From assembly GCA_041550235.1 (NCBI GenBank), contig JBFEPE010000003.1, positions 1,199-65,198 on the forward strand: a DNA stretch of 64,000 bases, written 5' to 3'. A program made the translations under genes and the position numbers. The notes under the pieces were generated by a model. It made no database searches and was not told the DNA's origin. It saw only the letters and a list, made by a program, of their open reading frames with translations. How positions within the stretch are numbered: position 1 is the stretch's first letter; each line of letters begins with the position of its first letter. This document shows positions 57,272 to 64,000 of the stretch, piece after piece. The stretch comes from Minisyncoccia bacterium. GTDB taxonomy: Bacteria > Patescibacteriota > Minisyncoccia > UBA6257 > JAAZHW01.

Positions 57272-58149
57272 AAGAATATAAAAACTTAAAGGCGATTATT
57301 GCAACCGGCGGAATGGGGACAAGATTTTTGCCGGCAACAAAAGTTATTCCAAAAGAAATATTGCCAATAGTAGATAAGCCAATTATTCAGGTATTATCAG
57401 AGGAATTAGTTGAATCCGGTGTGACGGATATAATATTAGTCACAAGAAAAGGTGGTCAATCAATTGAAAATCATTTTGATTCAAATTTTGAATTAGAATT
57501 TGAATTAGAAAAATTAGGCAAAAAGGATTTATTAGAAAAAGTATTAGAAACAAGTAAAATGGCAAATTTTATAAATCTTCGTCAGAAAAAATTTATGCCT
57601 TATGGCAATGCCACTCCTTTGAGGATAGCAAGCGAATTAGTAAAAAATGATGAGATTTTTTTCTATCTTTATGGGGATGATATCACAATGTCTGAAATTC
57701 CTGTATGCCAGCAACTTCTTGATGTCTATCAAAAAAATCCTGATATCGCAGGTGTGATTGCTGTAAAAGAAATTGATAGAAATCTTGTTGGCAAATATGG
57801 GATTGTGAAAATAATGGACGGAACAAAAAATGTATTAGAAAAGATTGTAGAGAAGCCATCAATTGAGGATGCTCCTTCTAATTTAGTTTCATTTGGCAGA
57901 TTCTTATTTACTCCAAAAATATTGCCAATAATTGAGAAGTTGAAAGAAGGGAAGAATAATGAACTTTGGTTGGTAGATGCAGTGAGTATTTTGGCTAAAG
58001 AAGAAAAGGTTTTGATTCACAATATTGAAGGAAAATGGCTCACAACTGGAGATCCATTAAATTTTCTAAAAGCTAATTTAGAATTTGCCATTAAAAGAAA
58101 AGACATCGGCGATGATTTAAGAGATTATATTAATAAATTATTAAATTAG
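57265..58149 (+). CDS. galU: UTP--glucose-1-phosphate uridylyltransferase
   Basis: 'KAIIATGGMGTRFLPATKVIPKEILPIVDKPIIQ' is the canonical GalU N-terminus. Confidence 0.85.
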   Translation: MNKEYKNLKAIIATGGMGTRFLPATKVIPKEILPIVDKPIIQVLSEELVESGVTDIILVTRKGGQSIENHFDSNFELEFELEKLGKKDLLEKVLETSKMANFINLRQKKFMPYGNATPLRIASELVKNDEIFFYLYGDDITMSEIPVCQQLLDVYQKNPDIAGVIAVKEIDRNLVGKYGIVKIMDGTKNVLEKIVEKPSIEDAPSNLVSFGRFLFTPKILPIIEKLKEGKNNELWLVDAVSILAKEEKVLIHNIEGKWLTTGDPLNFLKANLEFAIKRKDIGDDLRDYINKLLN

Positions 58150-58440
58150 GCGGGGAAGAGATGATTTCCGCTATATATTAAATAAAAAAGCATGCCTGTC
58201 GCAAAACATACATTGTGCGACAGATACAATGCCATTCCCCCTATATTAGATTATCCACATTGACAATGGATTTGTTGTGAGTATAATAAAGACATCCTTA
58301 GAAAAGATCGCGCTTCGCGGTCTTTTCCTTTTTTTCAAATCTATTATTTCTGAATTTTAAGACGGATATTCTATCTTGACGAGGGTGGATTTCGCCTCTT
58401 TGAATAATAATTCATTTATATTATTTCAATAATCAGATAA

Positions 58441-58480
58441 AAAATGAAGCCGAAAAACAATTCGGTTTCATTTTTTTATT
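58441..58480. terminator. Bidirectional terminator 'aaaaatgaagccgaaaaacaattcggtttcattttttt'
   Basis: Hairpin with flanking A- and T-runs. Confidence 0.6.
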
Positions 58481-58496
58481 AATTCTTAACACATGG

Positions 58497-58784
58497 TTAC
58501 TGATTGTAATATGCCTTTAGTAATTTCTCACTTCCAGCAGTTGCTCCCGTTACAAATCCTCGAATATATTTACCATTTTTAGATCCCATGCGATATGACC
58601 ACTGGTGGTTGTTAGAGTCAATTTTATCAGCTCGGAATGTTCGCACATAAACACGTTCGTCCCATGATTTAAAAACAACAGACAGGGTCCCTTTGTTTAA
58701 ATCGACTTTCCAAACATCCAGCACCTCTTTGACTGCGACAAAAGACATTGCTACCCTCTTTTGTTTTTTAGTATTACTAATCAA
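58497..58784 (-). CDS. Hypothetical protein (95 aa)
   Basis: ORF only. Confidence 0.4.
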   Translation of the reverse strand: MISNTKKQKRVAMSFVAVKEVLDVWKVDLNKGTLSVVFKSWDERVYVRTFRADKIDSNNHQWSYRMGSKNGKYIRGFVTGATAGSEKLLKAYYNQ

Positions 58785-58843
58785 AAATAATTACATCTTA
58801 TCTTTAAAACAATTACAACCCCACTCCCCTATCGAAATAGTTT

Positions 58844-59410
58844 TCATTCCTTTATTTCCGGCAAACCAAATCTTGATAAAAAATTAGCAAATCTTTGCGA
58901 TAAACCCTCCCTAAATAACTCATTTATACTGGCAACATAATTATTTTTTCTCTTACTATACAAATAATCCCTCGATAAGGTAAAAAAGTGTTTAAAATCT
59001 ACAACTAAATTTGGTATTTGCATTTTGCTATCTCCTTGAAGATAATAATATCTTTTCATCTCATCATTTTTTTTTAATTTTGATTGTTCCGATGCTTTAA
59101 ATTTTCTCATACTTAATCCCTCAAGATGATTCCCATCAAAAAAATTGCCGTCAAGATATGCGGGACAAATTAAGATTGTTTGTAAGTGTTTATCATTATC
59201 TAGTGAATTATATTCCCTTTCTTGAAAATCCTGCATAAGATCACAATCCTGAGTCATAACCACACAATATTCTAAAAATATTGATTCTATATTCACAGAT
59301 TCATTATCATCCATATTTGTGAATATTCTAATGTCTTTGATTATATCTCCCTGACAAATCCTTTTTTCTTCAATCTTTCTATACCTAGAATTAATTTTGC
59401 TTAAGAACAT
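58844..59410 (-). CDS. Hypothetical protein (188 aa)
   Basis: ORF; overlaps the upstream small ORF by 20 nt (operon). Confidence 0.45.
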   Translation of the reverse strand: MFLSKINSRYRKIEEKRICQGDIIKDIRIFTNMDDNESVNIESIFLEYCVVMTQDCDLMQDFQEREYNSLDNDKHLQTILICPAYLDGNFFDGNHLEGLSMRKFKASEQSKLKKNDEMKRYYYLQGDSKMQIPNLVVDFKHFFTLSRDYLYSKRKNNYVASINELFREGLSQRFANFLSRFGLPEIKE

Positions 59411-59597
59411 ATATTTTCTTTTCTATGCCTGATTTTTTTAATGGATAATCATATTTTCCCTTAAACACATTAAAATCTTTAGTATCATTTTTTTTACTTA
59501 AGTTTAGATTGATTGTTTTCGTTTTTGCGATTTTATAACTTGTGCTGGTATAATTTTTATCATCTTTTTTATTCAATTTTATTGTTTTCTTAATCAT
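59391..59597 (-). CDS. Small basic hypothetical protein (68 aa)
   Basis: ORF between the two larger genes. Confidence 0.3.
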   Translation of the reverse strand: MIKKTIKLNKKDDKNYTSTSYKIAKTKTINLNLSKKNDTKDFNVFKGKYDYPLKKSGIEKKIYVLKQN

Positions 59598-59602
59598 ATT
59601 TT

Positions 59603-60382
59603 TTATGAATTTAATAGTTTTCTAAAATCATTAGTTATACTAGCTTCAAAAAGGTCTCCAATGTATTGATTGTATTTTTTTGCCACCTCTAACAAATCTT
59701 CTGATTCAATTCCCGAAGTATTAAAACAATCAAAATCTAATATAAATTCCTTTCTATTTATTTCATTGGGAAAGTCGTTATTCCAAATTCCATATTGAAA
59801 ATTTATATCTCCTAGTTCCTCTTTAATAGCTAAATGATTCATGGCTCTTGAAACAATTTTTTTATTGTCTTTTATGAACTCTAATCCAGAAATTAAATTT
59901 TTATTCAAATATTTTGTCCAATCAAGCTGATTTTTCTCTTCAATCTTTATTTCATTGAGATATCTTAATCCTATTCTGCCTATTATTTCTATTCCATATC
60001 TATTTATAAATTTATTTACTACTTTTTCAATGTCACCAAATAATTCTTCGGAGTTTTTGTAATTTTTATAATCTATATATAAAAATTTCATGCTCACGGC
60101 TAAATCCTTTTTATTCTCCCTGCCATTAAAAATCCATGAACTGATTTCTTGATGGTGTTGCCTCGATTCATTATTGTCATTAAAAATACTAGTTAATCCT
60201 CTGTTTTCTTTCTTGTTATAGAAATAATCTTTAATTTCTTCTGAAAATTCTTTTAGATTTCCAATAGGAATGCTCTCTAAAAAATCTAATCTAAAAATAA
60301 CCCTGCTAAGAAAATTTCTTTTATAAGGTTTTTTTGTTGATATTTTTCTAGACTTTTTTTCAGTCATTGTAATGTTTTTCAA
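59603..60382 (-). CDS. Hypothetical protein (259 aa)
   Basis: ORF; first gene of a minus-strand cassette of unknown function. Confidence 0.45.
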   Translation of the reverse strand: MKNITMTEKKSRKISTKKPYKRNFLSRVIFRLDFLESIPIGNLKEFSEEIKDYFYNKKENRGLTSIFNDNNESRQHHQEISSWIFNGRENKKDLAVSMKFLYIDYKNYKNSEELFGDIEKVVNKFINRYGIEIIGRIGLRYLNEIKIEEKNQLDWTKYLNKNLISGLEFIKDNKKIVSRAMNHLAIKEELGDINFQYGIWNNDFPNEINRKEFILDFDCFNTSGIESEDLLEVAKKYNQYIGDLFEASITNDFRKLLNS

Positions 60383-60485
60383 AAAAATAAGACGACCTTT
60401 TATCTGTGGCTATGTGGGTTCTAGACCATCTTTATATATTATACTTAATTCTATCACAAATAAGTATATTTTCAAAACCAAAAAA

Positions 60486-62207
60486 CTATTCCCTAATAAC
60501 TCTGAGGACTTCTTCTATTGTGGTCATTCCTACTCTTGCCTTGCGAAGACCATCCTCAATCATAGAAACCATTCCCCTATCTCTTGCCATTCTCTTTAAA
60601 TCATCCAATGAAAAATCTGGATTATTTATAAACCTTCTAATATCTTCGTCTAAATCCAAGACCTCAAAAATACCAATTCGCCCTTGATAGCCAGTATCAC
60701 CACATGTTTGGCACCCCGCCCCTTTATAAAGTATTTTAGGTAAATCTATTTTTTTATCATCCATCGCAAAACTCATAAATTGAATTTTTAAATTTTCTAA
60801 CTCCTCTTCTGTGGGAGTATATGATTGAATGCATTCAGGACAAATCCTCCTCACCAATCTTTGAGCAATAATAGTATTCAAAACCGCTCCCACCAAAAAA
60901 GAAGGGATTCCCATATCAACCAATCTTGGAATAGATGTTGGGGCATCGTTCGTGTGGAGAGAAGACAAGAGTAAATGACCGGTGAGGGCAGAATGAACAG
61001 AAATTTCTGCAGTCTCCTCATCTCTAATTTCTCCGACCATTATAATATCCGGGTCTTGACGAAGAATAGCTCTTAACCCAGAAGCAAATGTAACACCTGA
61101 AATAGGGTTGATTTGAGTTTGATTTATATATTTAATGTCATACTCAATAGGGTCTTCAATCGTAACAATATTAACTTGGGGTTGATTTAAAATATTTAAA
61201 ATTGAATAAAGAGTAGTCGTCTTACCAGAACCAGTCGGACCAGTCACCAAAATCATTCCATAAGTTCTTTTGATTGATTGAGAGATAGTCTTTGCTGTTT
61301 CCTCAAGCATTCCCAATTCTGAAAAACTCATCGGCTTAGCGGTAGATTTCAAAAGTCGCATTTCAACTTTTTCTCCATAAAGAGTAGGCATTATAGAGAC
61401 ACGAATATCAATAACTTCCCCTAATGCCTGATATCTAAATCGCCCATCTTGTGGTTTTTGATGTTCGTCAATTTTTAATCCAGCCAAAAGTTTTACTCGG
61501 GCAACAATTGCCGGCTGGACTTCTTTTCCGATACGAATTATTTCTTGTAAAATTCCGTCAATTCTAAACCTAATTAAAATATTATCGCTAAAAATTTCAA
61601 TATGAATATCTGATGCATTTAAAGAAGATGCATAATTCAAAATATTATTAACAATATTGATAATCGATAATTCTGTTGCAATATCTTTTTCTTCCTTTTT
61701 TTGAGCTCTAATTTGAGTGCTTGCTCTAACATTTTCCTCTATTGCTTTTTTAAAATCCTCAACTACTTCCTGTCCATAGAGAGAAAATACATAATTTAAT
61801 TCCGAATCAGAAACCAAAAATGGCTTTATGCTTGCTCCCAAATATGTCTCTATAAATGATATTGTTTCTAAGTCGCTTGGGTCTTCCATTGCCAAAAAAA
61901 CTACCCCTGATGGATCTTTATCAAAAGCTACTATTTTTCGAGCTCTTGCTATTTCTTCAGGCAAAAGAGATAATATTTCTTTTTTGAGTGGCCTACCTCT
62001 TAATTTTGCTACCGGTGTTTGGAAGAAATCTGAATATATTTGAAATAGATAATCTTGGGTAATTAATTTTCTTGATATTAAAACATCAGCCAAATTTTGG
62101 CTTGTTCTTTCGGCATACTCTGATGCTTCTGAGAAATCTTTCTCATCCACCAAATGCCCATCAACGAGTATTTCCTTTAATTTAATTATTGGCAATCTTA
62201 CCGGCAT
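60486..62207 (-). CDS. Second GspE/PilB-family secretion ATPase
   Basis: GSPII_E_N-like N-terminus, Walker A 'GPTGSGKTTTLYS', 'LSSLHTNDAPTSIPRL', C-terminal tetracysteine 'CPEC...CQTC'. Confidence 0.85.
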   Translation of the reverse strand: MPVRLPIIKLKEILVDGHLVDEKDFSEASEYAERTSQNLADVLISRKLITQDYLFQIYSDFFQTPVAKLRGRPLKKEILSLLPEEIARARKIVAFDKDPSGVVFLAMEDPSDLETISFIETYLGASIKPFLVSDSELNYVFSLYGQEVVEDFKKAIEENVRASTQIRAQKKEEKDIATELSIINIVNNILNYASSLNASDIHIEIFSDNILIRFRIDGILQEIIRIGKEVQPAIVARVKLLAGLKIDEHQKPQDGRFRYQALGEVIDIRVSIMPTLYGEKVEMRLLKSTAKPMSFSELGMLEETAKTISQSIKRTYGMILVTGPTGSGKTTTLYSILNILNQPQVNIVTIEDPIEYDIKYINQTQINPISGVTFASGLRAILRQDPDIIMVGEIRDEETAEISVHSALTGHLLLSSLHTNDAPTSIPRLVDMGIPSFLVGAVLNTIIAQRLVRRICPECIQSYTPTEEELENLKIQFMSFAMDDKKIDLPKILYKGAGCQTCGDTGYQGRIGIFEVLDLDEDIRRFINNPDFSLDDLKRMARDRGMVSMIEDGLRKARVGMTTIEEVLRVIRE

Positions 62208-62262
62208 ATTTAATATTATTATAAATTATATAGTGCTTATATCATTATAAACTATTTTCAGC

Positions 62263-62289
62263 ACCCTCGTCGCCCTTGGCGACGAGGGT
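62263..62289. repeat. GC palindrome 'accctcgtcgcccttggcgacgagggt'
   Basis: Inverted repeat. Confidence 0.75.
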
Positions 62290-62412
62290 ATCTGCGACAT
62301 CTTTTCTTGATATTATCTATTATAAACTAATTTTAAAATAAATAAAAAAGGGGTTAAGGGAGTTTGGTTTATCCTCACTCCCCCACCCCATTTGGGAAAA
62401 AAGTGGAAAAGA

Positions 62413-62763
62413 TTAAAAATTTCTTTTTTTAGCATAATAATTTATGGCTTCATTCTCGCTTTCAAAAACCATCATGACTGAATAGCAAGAATTAATCACA
62501 TGAATGACATTTCCATTTTCATCAAAGAAAGATATCTTATCTTTTCCATTTCTATGATGAATGGACTCAATTTTTGTTACATTTCCACCTATTTCCTCTT
62601 TTGTAATATGCCTTTTTTTACCATCTTCTTCAGAAAAACAGGGTACCACAAACACATCATTCAATTCTGTGGTTTTGTCATCAATTTCATTAGTAGTAGT
62701 TTTGCAAACATTATAGCCATGTTTGTCTAACCATTTTTTAATTCTGCCTTCTCTCATTGTCAT
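62413..62763 (-). CDS. Hypothetical protein (116 aa)
   Basis: ORF only. Confidence 0.4.
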   Translation of the reverse strand: MTMREGRIKKWLDKHGYNVCKTTTNEIDDKTTELNDVFVVPCFSEEDGKKRHITKEEIGGNVTKIESIHHRNGKDKISFFDENGNVIHVINSCYSVMMVFESENEAINYYAKKRNF

Positions 62764-62816
62764 CTTGCACCTCCTACGGGGCAGTATAGCACATATTTTT
62801 TAAAAAGTCAAGAGGG

Positions 62817-63740
62817 CTATTTTCGTCGTCTATTATGAAAGGCGGAATGAACCTCCTTCAACTCCTTATTTGTAAGATGAGTATAAACTTGAGTGGTATT
62901 TAAATTTGAATGACCAAGCATCATTTGAACAGACCTTAAATCCGCCCCATTTTGTAAAAGGTCGGTCGCAAACATATGGCGAAGAGTATGCGGAGTCACC
63001 TTCCTCACAATTCCCGCTTTCGTAGCATAATGCTTAATCAACCTCTGAACAAGGCGAGGACTTATTCCCCCCAAAACCTTTGGATTATTTGCCTTTGAAT
63101 AACTCACAAATAATGAATCTTCTAAGTCCCCTCTTTTATCAAGATATTTCTTTATCAATTCTCTTGCGGTTTTTGAAAGAAAAACAACTCTTATTTTGCC
63201 ACCTTTTCCAAAAACACTGAACTCCCCCGTTTTTAGATTTACATTTTCTTTCTTCAATGAGCAAAGTTCTGATATTCTCATTCCTGTTGAAAATATAGTT
63301 TCTAATATCGCTTTATCTCTAATAGAAATAATATCATTGCCATCAGGGGCTGATAATAATCTTTCCAAATCAGAATAACTTATCATTTCAATTTCTCTTT
63401 CGGGCAATTTACTTAGCTCTATATTATCTGGCGACAATGATTCTTGCCCTATCTTAACTAAATATCTCAAAAATCCTCTTAATGCAATAATATAATAGTT
63501 TTGAGTTGCCTTCTTTAATCCTCCATCATTAATCCTATTTAAATAAAGACGATATTTTCTTATTATTTCTGCATCAATTTGTTTAACTGAAATATCATCT
63601 TTCTTTTTATCAAAACTTTTCTCTAAAAAATCAACCAATTTTTTTAAATATTGATTATAATTTTCTATTGTTTTTCTGCTTCTCCCCTTTTCTATTTCCA
63701 AATATTCTAAATATTGATTTATCGCCTTCATCAAATTCAT
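62817..63740 (-). CDS. Tyrosine site-specific recombinase XerC/XerD family
   Basis: 'HTLRHMFATDLLQNGADLRSVQMMLGHSNLNTTQVYTHL' C-terminal catalytic box (R..H..Y), N-terminal core-binding domain. Confidence 0.85.
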   Translation of the reverse strand: MNLMKAINQYLEYLEIEKGRSRKTIENYNQYLKKLVDFLEKSFDKKKDDISVKQIDAEIIRKYRLYLNRINDGGLKKATQNYYIIALRGFLRYLVKIGQESLSPDNIELSKLPEREIEMISYSDLERLLSAPDGNDIISIRDKAILETIFSTGMRISELCSLKKENVNLKTGEFSVFGKGGKIRVVFLSKTARELIKKYLDKRGDLEDSLFVSYSKANNPKVLGGISPRLVQRLIKHYATKAGIVRKVTPHTLRHMFATDLLQNGADLRSVQMMLGHSNLNTTQVYTHLTNKELKEVHSAFHNRRRK

Positions 63741-63764
63741 ATTTTTGTTATTTATCTAATTATA

Positions 63765-64000
63765 TTACTTCTGTATTATTTTTAAAAACAATTTTTCATC
63801 CTTTTTCTTAAAAGGGCTTATCATTGCTAATCTTAAATTTTTTGGGTTAAATAATTCCTTTGACAAAGACAAAACATCCCCTATCTTCACAGAATCAATT
63901 TCCCTCAAAACACTTGCAAGAGAAAACATCTCTCCTCTTAATAATTGATTAAATCCAAAAAATGACCCCCAATCATCAGATGTTTCTAATCCCAAAATTA
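63765..64000 (-). CDS. 3' fragment of a gene running off the window (C-terminal 76+ aa), possibly an M16-type peptidase C-terminal domain
   Basis: ORF continues to the window edge; functional guess is weak. Confidence 0.3.
   Translation of the reverse strand, partial: ILGLETSDDWGSFFGFNQLLRGEMFSLASVLREIDSVKIGDVLSLSKELFNPKNLRLAMISPFKKKDEKLFLKIIQK

Noticed and set aside
1-64000. tRNA or rRNA genes
   Set aside because: I searched by eye for T-loop (GGTTCGAATCC-like) and anticodon-arm patterns on both strands, including the 58150-58500 gap and the repeat-rich regions, and found none. A few 'ttcgaat' strings belong to the AT-rich repeat box.

Overview
This is a strongly AT-rich bacterial window, GC-poor by eye, with short, tightly packed genes; there is no rRNA or CRISPR and I found no tRNA. 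The gene content suggests a reduced-genome Patescibacteria/CPR-like organism (inference): short housekeeping genes with lysine- and glutamate-rich tails, two type IV pilus ATPases, and pilin-like genes.

Housekeeping genes I can name from sequence motifs:
- tRNA and translation: miaA, glyQS, argS, a SpoU-family RNA methyltransferase, rpmF, rpsP, gatB.
- Transcription and DNA: nusB, rpoD with a lysine-rich N-terminal extension, yebC, ruvC, rmuC, a XerC/D recombinase.
- Metabolism and envelope: phosphoketolase, secA, murJ, a LOG-family protein, an SGNH hydrolase, trxB, an M23 peptidase, galU.

The ORF track misses an RNase P RNA (rnpB) on the minus strand at about 32936-33372, just downstream of rpsP. 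It is recognisable from the P4 motif GGAAAGUCCGGAC and the 3' motif ACAGAAUCCGGCUUA.

Accessory content:
- Toxin-antitoxin pairs: HicB/HicA twice, a nucleotidyltransferase/HEPN pair, and a PIN-like gene with a small upstream ORF.
- A type IV pilus locus: a pilin-like protein with an N-terminal prepilin signal and three 'GNxGIGTTTP' repeats, a PEGA-like membrane protein, and a PilB ATPase; a second PilB ATPase lies at 60486-62207.
- A type IV secretion (T4SS)-like cluster at roughly 33979-49440. It has a VirB6/TrbL-like polytopic protein, a VirB3/PrgI-like protein, and a VirB4 ATPase split into an N-domain ORF and an ATPase ORF by an inserted module, plus a two-TM VirB2-like candidate and several secreted or membrane proteins. 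I see no relaxase or coupling protein.

Intergenic repeats are the most unusual feature:
- A large family of GC-rich hairpins with a CCCCGCC-loop-GGCGGGG core sits between AT-rich genes. The elements are modular and mosaic, and several are flanked by 20-35 bp duplications of local sequence.
- A promoter-plus-leader module occurs twice (43389 and 46727), each time divergent from a minus-strand gene.
- A conserved GC-rich leader motif, GGAGAAACACCCCGUCCC-hairpin-CCACCCCUCUAUAAGAGGGG, occurs three times inside the T4SS cluster.
- The ~700-nt stretch at 46794-47490 is non-coding and dense with hairpins.
- An AT-rich cassette of unknown genes with no hairpins lies at 58497-60382, near xerC.

Functional assignments for the hypothetical ORFs are uncertain.
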